From Azolla caroliniana (taxonomy: Eukaryota; Plantae; Polypodiophyta), in contig JBHGNT010000037.1 in NCBI GenBank assembly GCA_043228905.1, positions 207,382-271,381 of the forward strand: 64,000 nucleotides of DNA. Direction: 5' to 3'. The translations under genes and the position numbers were made by a program. Of this stretch, positions 39,601-53,400 are shown piece by piece. Position 1 is the stretch's first letter. Each line of letters begins with the position of its first letter. The notes beneath the pieces were generated by a model. That model was not told the DNA's origin, ran no database searches, and saw only the letters and a list, made by a program, of their open reading frames with translations.

Positions 39601-42173
39601 TATGATATAAAATTAAAAAATCAAGTCTTTGAAACTGACGTCGAAAGACATGAGGAAATTAGCATGTTGGAGGAGGGAGTTGAGAAGAGCGAGTGAGTAA
39701 ATTAAAATGGTCATACCTGGCTCGTGTGATATCGGATTTCTGTGTTCAAACATGCGAATAGAAACTAACAAGGCTAGCTATGATATAGAATTAAAAAATC
39801 GTGATTTTGAAATTCAAGTCGAGAGACATGAGGAAATTAGCATATTTGAGGAGGGAGTTGAGAAGAGCCAGTGAGTAAATTAAAATGGTCATACCTGGCT
39901 CGTGTGATATCGGATTTCTGTGTTCAAACATGCAAATCGAAGCTAACAAGGCTAGCTATGATATAGAATTAAAAAATCGAGATTTTGAAACTCAGGTCCA
40001 GAGACATGAGGAAATTAGCATATTTGAGGAGGGAGTTGAGAAGAGCCAGTGAGTAAATTAAAATGGTCATACCTGGCTCGTGTGATATCGGATTTCTGTG
40101 TTCAAACATGCAAATCGAAACTAACAAGGCTAGCTATGATATAGACTTAAAAAATCGTGATTTTGAAACTCAGGTCGAGAGACATGAGGAAATTAGCATG
40201 TTGGAGGAGGGAGTTGAGAAGAGCGAGTGAGTAAATTAAAATGGTCATACCTAGCTCGTGTGATATCGGATTTCTGTGTTCAAACATGCGAATCGAAGCT
40301 AACAACGCTAGGTATGATATAGAATTAAAAAATCGAGATTTTGAAACTCAGATCGAGAGACATGCGGAAATTAGCATATTTGAGGAGGGAGTTTAGAAGA
40401 GCGAGTGAGTAAATTAAAATGGTCATACCTGGCTCGTGTGATATCGGATTTCTGTGTTCAAACATGCGAATCGAAGCTAACAAGGCTAGCTATGATATAG
40501 AATTAAAAAATCGTGATTCTGAAACTCAGGTCGAGAGACATGAGGAAATTAACATATTTGAGGAGGGAGTTGAGAAGAGCGAGTGAGTAAATTAAAATGG
40601 TCATACCTGGCTCGTGTGATATTGGATTTCTGTGTTCAAACATGCGCATCGAAGTTAACAAGGCTAGCTATGATATAGAATTAAAAAATCAAGATTTTGA
40701 AACTGACGTCGAAAGACATGAGGAAATTAGCATATTTGAAGAGGGAGTTGAGAAGAGCCAGTGAGTAAATTAAAATGGTCATACCTGGCTCGTGTGATAT
40801 CGGATTTCTGTGTTCAAACATGCAAATCGAAGCTAACAAGGCTAGGTATGATATAGAATTAAAAAATCGAGATTTTGAAACTCAGGTCAAGAGACATGAA
40901 AAAATTAGCATATTTGAGGAGGGAGTTGAGAAGAGCGTGTGAGTAAATTAAAATGGTCATACCTGGCTCGTGTGATATCGGATTTCTGTGTTCAAACATG
41001 CGAATCGAAACTAACAAGGCTAGCTATGATATAGAATAAAAAAATCGAGATTTTGAAACTCAGGTCGAGAGACATGAAGAAATTAGCATATTTGAGGAGG
41101 GAGTTGAGAAGAGCGTGTGAGTGAATTAAAATGGTCATACCTGGCTCGTGTGATATCGGATTTCTGTGTTCAAACATGCAAATCGAAGCTAACAAGGATA
41201 GCTATGATATAAAATTAAAAAATCAAGTTTTTGAAACTGACGTCGAAAGACATGAGGAAATTAGCATGTTGGAGGAGGGAGTAGAGAAGAGCGAGTGAGT
41301 AAATTAAAATGGTCATACCTGGCTCGTGTGATATCGGATTTCTGTGTTCAAACATGCGAATAGAATCTAACAAGGCTAGCTATGATATAGAATTAAAAAA
41401 TCGTGATTTTGAAACTCAAGTCGAGAGACATGAGGAAATTAGCATATTTGAGGAGGGAGTTGAGAAGAGCCAGTGAGTAAATTAAAATGGTCATACCTGG
41501 CTCGTGTGATATCGGATTTCTGTGTTCAAACATGCAAATCGAAGCTAACAAGACTAGCTATGATATAGAATTAAAAAATCGAGATTTTGAAACTCAGGTC
41601 CAGAGACATGAGGAAATTAGCATATTTGAGGAGGGAGTTGAGAAGAGCCAGTGAGTAAATTAAAATGGTCATACCTAGCTCGTGTGATATTGGATTTCTG
41701 TGTTCAAACATGCAAATCGAAACTAACAAGGCTAGCTATGATATAGACTTAAAAAATCGTGATTTTGAAACTCAGGTCGAGAGACATGAGGAAATTAGCA
41801 TGTTGGAGGAGGGAGTTGAGAAGAGCCAGTGAGTAAATTAAAATGGTCATACCTAGCTCGTGTGATATCGGATTTCTGTGTTCAAACATGCGAATCGAAA
41901 CTAAGAACGCTAGCTATGATATAGAATTAAAAAATCGAGATTTTGAAACTCAGGTCGAGAGACATGAGGAAATTAGCATGTTGGAGGAGGGAGTTGAGAA
42001 GAGCGAGTGAGTAAATTAAAATGGTCATACCTGGCTCGTGTGATATCGGATTTCTGTGTTCAAACATGCGAATCGAAACTAAGAACGCTAGCTATGATAT
42101 AGAATTAAAAAATCGAGATTTTGAAACTCAGGTCGAGAGACATGAGGAAATTAGCATGTTGGAGGAGGGAGTT

Positions 42174-45100
42174 GAGAAGAGCGAGTGAGTAAATTAAAAT
42201 GGTCATACCTGGCTCGTGTGATATCGGATTTCTGTGTTCAAACATGCGAATTGAAACTAAGAACGCTAGCTATGATATAGAATTAAAAAATCGAGATTTT
42301 GAAACTCAGGTCGAGAGACATGAGGAAATTAGCATATTTGAGGAGGGAGTTCAGGAGAGCCAGTGAGTAAATTAAAATGGTCATACCTAGCTCGTGTGAT
42401 ATCGGATTTCTGTGTTCAAACATGCAAATCGAAACTAACAAGGCTAGCTATGATATAGACTTAAAAAATCGTGATTTTGAAACTCAGGTCGAGAGACATG
42501 AGGAAATTAGCATGCTGGAGGAGGGAGTTGAGAAGAGCGAGGGAGTAAATTAAAATGGTCATACCTAGCTCGTGTGATATCGGATTTCTGTGTTCAAACA
42601 TGCGAATTGAAACTAAGAACGCTAGGTATGATATAGAATTAAAAAATCGAGATTTTGAAACTCAGATCGAGAGACATGCGGAAATTAGCATATTTGAGGA
42701 GGGAGTTGAGAAGAGCGAGTGAGTAAATTAAAATGGTCATACCTGGCTCGTGTGATATCGGATTTCTGTGTTCAAACATGCGAATCGAAGCTAACAAGGC
42801 TAGCTATGATATAGAATTAAAAAATCGTGATTTTGAAACTCAGGTCGAGAGACATGAGGAAATTAACATATTTGAGGAGGGAGTTGAGAAGAGCGAGTGA
42901 GTAAATTAAAATGGTCATACCTGGCTCGTGTGATATGGGATTTCTGTGTTCAAACATGCGAATCGAAGTTAACAAGGCTAGCTATGATATAGAATTAAAA
43001 AATCAAGATTTTGAAACTGACGTCGAAAGACATGAGGAAATTAGCATATTTGAAGAGGGAGTTGAGAAGAGCGAGTGAGTAAATTAAAATGGTCATACCT
43101 GGCTCGTGTGATATCGGATTTCTGTGTTCAAACATGCGAATTGAAACTAACAAGGCTAGCTATGATATAGAATTAAAAAATCGTGATTTTGAAACTCAGG
43201 TCGAGAGATATGAGGAAATTAGCATATTTGAGGAGGGAGTTGAGAAGAGCCAGTGAGTAAATTAAAATGGTCATACCTGGCTCGTGTGATATCGGATTTC
43301 TGTGTTCAAACATGTAAATCGAAGCTAACAAGGCTAGCTATGATATAGAATTAAAAAATCGAGATTTTGAAACTCAGGTCGAGAGACATGAAGAAATTAG
43401 CATATTTGAGGAGGGAGTTGAGAAGAGCGTGTGAGTAAATTAAAATGGTCATACCTGGCTCGTGTGATATCGGATTTCTGTGTTCAAACATGCGAATCGA
43501 AACTAACAAGGCTAGCTATGATATAGAATTAAAAAATCGAGATTTTGAAACTCAGGTCGAGAGACATGAGGAAATTAGCATGCTGGAGGAGGGAGTTGAG
43601 AAGAGTCAGTGAGTAAATTAAAATGGTCATACCTGGCTCGTGTGATATCGGATTTCTGTGTTCAAACATGCAAATCGAAGCTAACAAGGCTAGCTATGAT
43701 ATAGAATTAAAAAATCGAGATTTTGAAACTCAGGTCGAGAGACATGAGGAAATTAGCATATTTGAGGAGGGAGTTGAGAAGAGCCCGTGAGTAAATTAAA
43801 ATGGTCATACCTGGCTCGTGTGATATCGGATTTCTGTGTTCAAACATGCAAATCGAAGCTCACAAGGCTAGCTATGATATAGACTTAAAAAATCGTGATT
43901 TCGAAACTGACGTCGAAAGACATGAGGAAATTAGCATGCTGGAGGAGGGAGTTGAGAAGTACGAGTGAGTAAATTAAAATGGTCATACCTGGCTCGTGTG
44001 ATATCGGATTTCTGTGTTCAAACATGCGAATCGAAGCTAACAAGGCTAGCTATGATATAGAATTAAAAAATCGTGATTTTGAAACTCAGGTCGAGAGATA
44101 TGAGGAAATTAGCATATTTGAGGAGGGAGTTGAGAAGAGCCAGTGAGTAAATTAAAATGGTCATACCTGGCTCGTGTGATATCGGATTTCTGTGTTCAAA
44201 CATGTAAATCGAAGCTAACAAGGCTAGCTATGATATAGAATTAAAAAATCGAGATTTTGAAACTCAGGTCGAGAGACATGAAGAAATTAGCATATTTGAG
44301 GAGGGAGTTGAGAAGAGCGTGTGAGTAAATTAAAATGGTCATACCTGGCTCGTGTGATATCGGATTTCTGTGTTCAAACATGCGAATCGAAACTAACAAG
44401 GCTAGCTATGATATAGAATTAAAAAATCGAGATTTTGAAACTCAGGTCAAGAGACATGAGGAAATTAGCATATTTGAGGAGGGAGTTGAGAAGAGCCAGT
44501 GAGTAAATTAAAATGGTCATACCTGGCTCGTGTGATATCGGATTTCTGTGTTCAAACATGCGAATCGAAGCTAACAAGGCTAGCTATGATATAGAATTAA
44601 AAAATCGAGATTTTGAAACTCAGGTCGAGAGACATGAAGAAATTAGCATATTTGAGGAGGGAGTTGAGAAGAGCGTGTGAGTGAATTAAAATGGTCATAC
44701 CTGGCTCGTGTGATATCGGATTTCTGTGTTCAAACATGCAAATCGAAGCTAACAAGGATAGCTATGATATAAAATTAAAAAATCAAGTTTTTGAAACTGA
44801 CGTCGAAAGACATGAGGAAATTAGCATGTTGGAGGAGGGAGTAGAGAAGAGCGAGTGAGTAAATTAAAATGGTCATACCTGGCTCGTGTGATATCGGATT
44901 TCTGTGTTCAAACATGCGAATAGAAACTAACAAGGCTAGCTATGATATAGAATTAAAAAATCGTGATTTTGAAACTCAAGTCGAGAGACATGAGGAAATT
45001 AGCATATTTGAGGAGGGAGTTGAGAAGAGCCAGTGAGTAAATTAAAATGGTCATACCTGGCTCGTGTGATATCGGATTTCTGTGTTCAAACATGCAAATC

Positions 45101-48100
45101 GAAACTAACAAGGCTAGCTATGATATAGACTTAAAAAATCGTGATTTTGAAACTCAGGTCGAGAGACATGAGGAAATTAGCATGTTGGAGGAGGGAGTTG
45201 AGAAGAGCGAGTGAGTAAATTAAAATGGTCATACCTAGCTCGTGTGATATCGGATTTCTGTGTCCAAACATGCGAATCGAAGCTAACAACGCTAGGTATG
45301 ATATAGAATTAAAAAATCGAGATTTTGAAACTAAGATCGAGAGACATGCGGAAATTAGCATATTTGAGGAGGGAGTTTAGAAGAGCGAGTGAGTAAATTA
45401 AAATGGTCATACCTGGCTCGTGTGATATCGGATTTCTGTGTTCAAACATGCGAATCGAAGCTAACAAGGCTAGCTATGATATAGAATTAAAAAATCGTGA
45501 TTCTGAAACTCAGGTCGAGAGACATGAGGAAATTAACATATTTGAGGAGGGAGTTGAGAAGAGCGAGTGAGTAAATTAAAATGGTCATACCTGGCTCGTG
45601 TGATATTGGATTTCTGTGTTCAAACATGCGCATCGAAGTTAACAAGGCTAGCTATGATATAGAATTAAAAAATCAAGATTTTGAAACTGACGTCGAAAGA
45701 CATGAGGAAATTAGCATATTTGAAGAGGGAGTTGAGAAGAGCCAGTGAGTAAATTAAAATGGTCATACCTGGCTCGTGTGATATCGGATTTCTGTGTTCA
45801 AACATGCAAATCGAAGCTAACAAGGCTAGGTATGATATAGAATTAAAAAATCGAGATTTTGAAACTCAGGTCAAGAGACATGAAAAAATTAGCATATTTG
45901 AGGAGGGAGTTGAGAAGAGCGTGTGAGTAAATTAAAATGGTCATACCTGGCTCGTGTGATATCGGATTTCTGTGTTCAAACATGCGAATCGAAACTAACA
46001 AGGCTAGCTATGATATAGAATAAAAAAATCGAGATTTTGAAACTCAGGTCGAGAGACATGAAGAAATTAGCATATTTGAGGAGGGAGTTGAGAAGAGCGT
46101 GTGAGTGAATTAAAATGGTCATACCTGGCTCGTGTGATATCGGATTTCTGTGTTCAAACATGCAAATCGAAGCTAACAAGGATAGCTATGATATAAAATT
46201 AAAAAATCAAGTTTTTGAAACTGACGTCGAAAGACATGAGGAAATTAGCATGTTGGAGGAGGGAGTAGAGAAGAGCGAGTGAGTAAATTAAAATGGTCAT
46301 ACCTGGCTCGTGTGATATCGGATTTCTGTGTTCAAACATGCGAATTGAAACTAAGAACGCTAGCTATGATATAGAATTAAAAAATCGAGATTTTGAAACT
46401 CAGGTCGAGAGACATGAGGAAATTAGCATATTTGAGGAGGGAGTTCAGGAGAGCCAGTGAGTAAATTAAAATGGTCATACCTAGCTCGTGTGATATCGGA
46501 TTTCTGTGTTCAAACATGCAAATCGAAACTAACAAGGCTAGCTATGATATAGACTTAAAAAATCGTGATTTTGAAACTCAGGTCGAGAGACATGAGGAAA
46601 TTAGCATGCTGGAGGAGGGAGTTGAGAAGAGCGAGGGAGTAAATTAAAATGGTCATACCTAGCTCGTGTGATATCGGATTTCTGTGTTCAAACATGCGAA
46701 TTGAAACTAAGAACGCTAGGTATGATATAGAATTAAAAAATCGAGATTTTGAAACTCAGATCGAGAGACATGCGGAAATTAGCATATTTGAGGAGGGAGT
46801 TGAGAAGAGCGAGTGAGTAAATTAAAATGGTCATACCTGGCTCGTGTGATATCGGATTTCTGTGTTCAAACATGCGAATCGAAGCTAACAAGGCTAGCTA
46901 TGATATAGAATTAAAAAATCGTGATTTTGAAACTCAGGTCGAGAGACATGAGGAAATTAACATATTTGAGGAGGGAGTTGAGAAGAGCGAGTGAGTAAAT
47001 TAAAATGGTCATACCTGGCTCGTGTGATATGGGATTTCTGTGTTCAAACATGCGAATCGAAGTTAACAAGGCTAGCTATGATATAGAATTAAAAAATCAA
47101 GATTTTGAAACTGACGTCGAAAGACATGAGGAAATTAGCATATTTGAAGAGGGAGTTGAGAAGAGCGAGTGAGTAAATTAAAATGGTCATACCTGGCTCG
47201 TGTGATATCGGATTTCTGTGTTCAAACATGCGAATTGAAACTAACAAGGCTAGCTATGATATAGAATTAAAAAATCGTGATTTTGAAACTCAGGTCGAGA
47301 GATATGAGGAAATTAGCATATTTGAGGAGGGAGTTGAGAAGAGCCAGTGAGTAAATTAAAATGGTCATACCTGGCTCGTGTGATATCGGATTTCTGTGTT
47401 CAAACATGTAAATCGAAGCTAACAAGGCTAGCTATGATATAGAATTAAAAAATCGAGATTTTGAAACTCAGGTCGAGAGACATGAAGAAATTAGCATATT
47501 TGAGGAGGGAGTTGAGAAGAGCGTGTGAGTAAATTAAAATGGTCATACCTGGCTCGTGTGATATCGGATTTCTGTGTTCAAACATGCGAATCGAAACTAA
47601 CAAGGCTAGCTATGATATAGAATTAAAAAATCGAGATTTTGAAACTCAGGTCGAGAGACATGAGGAAATTAGCATGCTGGAGGAGGGAGTTGAGAAGAGT
47701 CAGTGAGTAAATTAAAATGGTCATACCTGGCTCGTGTGATATCGGATTTCTGTGTTCAAACATGCAAATCGAAGCTAACAAGGCTAGCTATGATATAGAA
47801 TTAAAAAATCGAGATTTTGAAACTCAGGTCGAGAGACATGAGGAAATTAGCATATTTGAGGAGGGAGTTGAGAAGAGCCCGTGAGTAAATTAAAATGGTC
47901 ATACCTGGCTCGTGTGATATCGGATTTCTGTGTTCAAACATGCAAATCGAAGCTCACAAGGCTAGCTATGATATAGACTTAAAAAATCGTGATTTCGAAA
48001 CTGACGTCGAAAGACATGAGGAAATTAGCATGCTGGAGGAGGGAGTTGAGAAGTACGAGTGAGTAAATTAAAATGGTCATACCTGGCTCGTGTGATATCG

Positions 48101-50439
48101 GATTTCTGTGTTCAAACATGCGAATCGAAGCTAACAAGGCTAGCTATGATATAGAATTAAAAAATCGTGATTTTGAAACTCAGGTCGAGAGATATGAGGA
48201 AATTAGCATATTTGAGGAGGGAGTTGAGAAGAGCCAGTGAGTAAATTAAAATGGTCATACCTGGCTCGTGTGATATCGGATTTCTGTGTTCAAACATGTA
48301 AATCGAAGCTAACAAGGCTAGCTATGATATAGAATTAAAAAATCGAGATTTTGAAACTCAGGTCGAGAGACATGAAGAAATTAGCATATTTGAGGAGGGA
48401 GTTGAGAAGAGCGTGTGAGTAAATTAAAATGGTCATACCTGGCTCGTGTGATATCGGATTTCTGTGTTCAAACATGCGAATCGAAACTAACAAGGCTAGC
48501 TATGATATAGAATTAAAAAATCGAGATTTTGAAACTCAGGTCAAGAGACATGAGGAAATTAGCATATTTGAGGAGGGAGTTGAGAAGAGCCAGTGAGTAA
48601 ATTAAAATGGTCATACCTGGCTCGTGTGATATCGGATTTCTGTGTTCAAACATGCGAATCGAAGCTAACAAGGCTAGCTATGATATAGAATTAAAAAATC
48701 GAGATTTTGAAACTCAGGTCGAGAGACATGAAGAAATTAGCATATTTGAGGAGGGAGTTGAGAAGAGCGTGTGAGTGAATTAAAATGGTCATACCTGGCT
48801 CGTGTGATATCGGATTTCTGTGTTCAAACATGCAAATCGAAGCTAACAAGGATAGCTATGATATAAAATTAAAAAATCAAGTTTTTGAAACTGACGTCGA
48901 AAGACATGAGGAAATTAGCATGTTGGAGGAGGGAGTAGAGAAGAGCGAGTGAGTAAATTAAAATGGTCATACCTGGCTCGTGTGATATCGGATTTCTGTG
49001 TTCAAACATGCGAATAGAAACTAACAAGGCTAGCTATGATATAGAATTAAAAAATCGTGATTTTGAAACTCAAGTCGAGAGACATGAGGAAATTAGCATA
49101 TTTGAGGAGGGAGTTGAGAAGAGCCAGTGAGTAAATTAAAATGGTCATACCTGGCTCGTGTGATATCGGATTTCTGTGTTCAAACATGCAAATCGAAACT
49201 AACAAGGCTAGCTATGATATAGACTTAAAAAATCGTGATTTTGAAACTCAGGTCGAGAGACATGAGGAAATTAGCATGTTGGAGGAGGGAGTTGAGAAGA
49301 GCGAGTGAGTAAATTAAAATGGTCATACCTAGCTCGTGTGATATCGGATTTCTGTGTCCAAACATGCGAATCGAAGCTAACAACGCTAGGTATGATATAG
49401 AATTAAAAAATCGAGATTTTGAAACTAAGATCGAGAGACATGCGGAAATTAGCATATTTGAGGAGGGAGTTTAGAAGAGCGAGTGAGTAAATTAAAATGG
49501 TCATACCTGGCTCGTGTGATATCGGATTTCTGTGTTCAAACATGCGAATCGAAGCTAACAAGGCTAGCTATGATATAGAATTAAAAAATCGTGATTCTGA
49601 AACTCAGGTCGAGAGACATGAGGAAATTAACATATTTGAGGAGGGAGTTGAGAAGAGCGAGTGAGTAAATTAAAATGGTCATACCTGGCTCGTGTGATAT
49701 TGGATTTCTGTGTTCAAACATGCGCATCGAAGTTAACAAGGCTAGCTATGATATAGAATTAAAAAATCAAGATTTTGAAACTGACGTCGAAAGACATGAG
49801 GAAATTAGCATATTTGAAGAGGGAGTTGAGAAGAGCCAGTGAGTAAATTAAAATGGTCATACCTGGCTCGTGTGATATCGGATTTCTGTGTTCAAACATG
49901 CAAATCGAAGCTAACAAGGCTAGGTATGATATAGAATTAAAAAATCGAGATTTTGAAACTCAGGTCAAGAGACATGAAAAAATTAGCATATTTGAGGAGG
50001 GAGTTGAGAAGAGCGTGTGAGTAAATTAAAATGGTCATACCTGGCTCGTGTGATATCGGATTTCTGTGTTCAAACATGCGAATCGAAACTAACAAGGCTA
50101 GCTATGATATAGAATAAAAAAATCGAGATTTTGAAACTCAGGTCGAGAGACATGAAGAAATTAGCATATTTGAGGAGGGAGTTGAGAAGAGCGTGTGAGT
50201 GAATTAAAATGGTCATACCTGGCTCGTGTGATATCGGATTTCTGTGTTCAAACATGCAAATCGAAGCTAACAAGGATAGCTATGATATAAAATTAAAAAA
50301 TCAAGTTTTTGAAACTGACGTCGAAAGACATGAGGAAATTAGCATGTTGGAGGAGGGAGTAGAGAAGAGCGAGTGAGTAAATTAAAATGGTCATACCTGG
50401 CTCGTGTGATATCGGATTTCTGTGTTCAAACATGCGAAT
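42174..50439. repeat. Tandem 23-monomer (4094-bp) duplication, apparently near-identical
   Basis: TCAGGAGAGC 42351/46445. GATATGGGA and CTAAGATCG occur only in this pair, and GTGTCCAAAC is paired at 45260/49354. Identical ORF-track translations at 45131/49225 and 45976/50070 are offset by 4094. Confidence 0.92.
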
Positions 50440-53400
50440 AGAATCTAACAAGGCTAGCTATGATATAGAATTAAAAAATCGTGATTTTGAAACTCAAGTC
50501 GAGAGACATGAGGAAATTAGCATATTTGAGGAGGGAGTTGAGAAGAGCCAGTGAGTAAATTAAAATGGTCATACCTGGCTCGTGTGATATCGGATTTCTG
50601 TGTTCAAACATGCAAATCGAAGCTAACAAGACTAGCTATGATATAGAATTAAAAAATCGAGATTTTGAAACTCAGGTCCAGAGACATGAGGAAATTAGCA
50701 TATTTGAGGAGGGAGTTGAGAAGAGCCAGTGAGTAAATTAAAATGGTCATACCTAGCTCGTGTGATATTGGATTTCTGTGTTCAAACATGCAAATCGAAA
50801 CTAACAAGGCTAGCTATGATATAGACTTAAAAAATCGTGATTTTGAAACTCAGGTCGAGAGACATGAGGAAATTAGCATGTTGGAGGAGGGAGTTGAGAA
50901 GAGCCAGTGAGTAAATTAAAATGGTCATACCTAGCTCGTGTGATATCGGATTTCTGTGTTCAAACATGCGAATCGAAACTAAGAACGCTAGCTATGATAT
51001 AGAATTAAAAAATCGAGATTTTGAAACTCAGGTCGAGAGACATGAGGAAATTAGCATGTTGGAGGAGGGAGTTGAGAAGAGCGAGTGAGTAAATTAAAAT
51101 GGTCATACCTGGCTCGTGTGATATCGGATTTCTGTGTTCAAACATGCGAATCGAAACTAAGAACGCTAGCTATGATATAGAATTAAAAAATCGAGATTTT
51201 GAAACTCAGGTCGAGAGACATGAGGAAATTAGCATGTTGGAGGAGGGAGTTGAGAAGAGCGAGTGAGTAAATTAAAATGGTCATACCTGGCTCGTGTGAT
51301 ATCGGATTTCTGTGTTCAAACATGCGAATTGAAACTAAGAACGCTAGCTATGATATAGAATTAAAAAATCGAGATTTTGAAACTCAGGTCGAGAGACATG
51401 AGGAAATTAGCATATTTGAGGAGGGAGTTCAGGAGAGCCAGTGAGTAAATTAAAATGGTCATACCTAGCTCGTGTGATATCGGATTTCTGTGTTCAAACA
51501 TGCAAATCGAAACTAACAAGGCTAGCTATGATATAGACTTAAAAAATCGTGATTTTGAAACTCAGGTCGAGAGACATGAGGAAATTAGCATGCTGGAGGA
51601 GGGAGTTGAGAAGAGCGAGGGAGTAAATTAAAATGGTCATACCTAGCTCGTGTGATATCGGATTTCTGTGTTCAAACATGCGAATTGAAACTAAGAACGC
51701 TAGGTATGATATAGAATTAAAAAATCGAGATTTTGAAACTCAGATCGAGAGACATGCGGAAATTAGCATATTTGAGGAGGGAGTTGAGAAGAGCGAGTGA
51801 GTAAATTAAAATGGTCATACCTGGCTCGTGTGATATCGGATTTCTGTGTTCAAACATGCGAATCGAAGCTAACAAGGCTAGCTATGATATAGAATTAAAA
51901 AATCGTGATTTTGAAACTCAGGTCGAGAGACATGAGGAAATTAACATATTTGAGGAGGGAGTTGAGAAGAGCGAGTGAGTAAATTAAAATGGTCATACCT
52001 GGCTCGTGTGATATTGGATTTCTGTGTTCAAACATGCGAATCGAAGTTAACAAGGCTAGCTATGATATAGAATTAAAAAATCAAGATTTTGAAACTGACG
52101 TCGAAAGACATGAGGAAATTAGCATATTTGAAGAGGGAGTTGAGAAGAGCGAGTGAGTAAATTAAAATGGTCATACCTGGCTCGTGTGATATCGGATTTC
52201 TGTGTTCAAACATGCGAATTGAAACTAACAAGGCTAGCTATGATATAGAATTAAAAAATCGTGATTTTGAAACTCAGGTCGAGAGATATGAGGAAATTAG
52301 CATATTTGAGGAGGGAGTTGAGAAGAGCCAGTGAGTAAATTAAAATGGTCATACCTGGCTCGTGTGATATCGGATTTCTGTGTTCAAACATGTAAATCGA
52401 AGCTAACAAGGCTAGCTATGATATAGAATTAAAAAATCGAGATTTTGAAACTCAGGTCGAGAGACATGAAGAAATTAGCATATTTGAGGAGGGAGTTGAG
52501 AAGAGCGTGTGAGTAAATTAAAATGGTCATACCTGGCTCGTGTGATATCGGATTTCTGTGTTCAAACATGCGAATCGAAACTAACAAGGCTAGCTATGAT
52601 ATAGAATTAAAAAATCGAGATTTTGAAACTCAGGTCGAGAGACATGAGGAAATTAGCATGCTGGAGCAGGGAGTTGAGAAGAGTCAGTGAGTAAATTAAA
52701 ATGGTCATACCTGGCTCGTGTGATATCGGATTTCTGTGTTCAAACATGCAAATCGAAGCTAACAAGGCTAGCTATGATATAGAATTAAAAAATCGAGATT
52801 TTGAAACTCAGGTCGAGAGACATGAGGAAATTAGCATATTTGAGGAGGGAGTTGAGAAGAGCCCGTGAGTAAATTAAAATGGTCATACCTGGCTCGTGTG
52901 ATATCGGATTTCTGTGTTCAAACATGCAAATCGAAGCTCACAAGGCTAGCTATGATATAGACTTAAAAAATCGTGATTTCGAAACTGACGTCGAAAGACA
53001 TGAGGAAATTAGCATGCTGGAGGAGGGAGTTGAGAAGTACGAGTGAGTAAATTAAAATGGTCATACCTGGCTCGTGTGATATCGGATTTCTGTGTTCAAA
53101 CATGCGAATCGAAGCTAACAAGGCTAGCTATGATATAGAATTAAAAAATCGTGATTTTGAAACTCAGGTCGAGAGATATGAGGAAATTAGCATATTTGAG
53201 GAGGGAGTTGAGAAGAGCCAGTGAGTAAATTAAAATGGTCATACCTGGCTCGTGTGATATCGGATTTCTGTGTTCAAACATGTAAATCGAAGCTAACAAG
53301 GCTAGCTATGATATAGAATTAAAAAATCGAGATTTTGAAACTCAGGTCGAGAGACATGAAGAAATTAGCATATTTGAGGAGGGAGTTGAGAAGAGCGTGT

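Noticed and set aside
7985-50273. Nine 67-81 aa ORFs in the ORF track (e.g. 7985-8188, 29483-29728, 37432-37635, 45131-45361)
   Set aside because: Each is satellite sequence in which a point variant removes a stop codon, and the listed starts are TTG rather than ATG. The 178-bp period is not a multiple of 3, and identical ORFs simply track block duplications.
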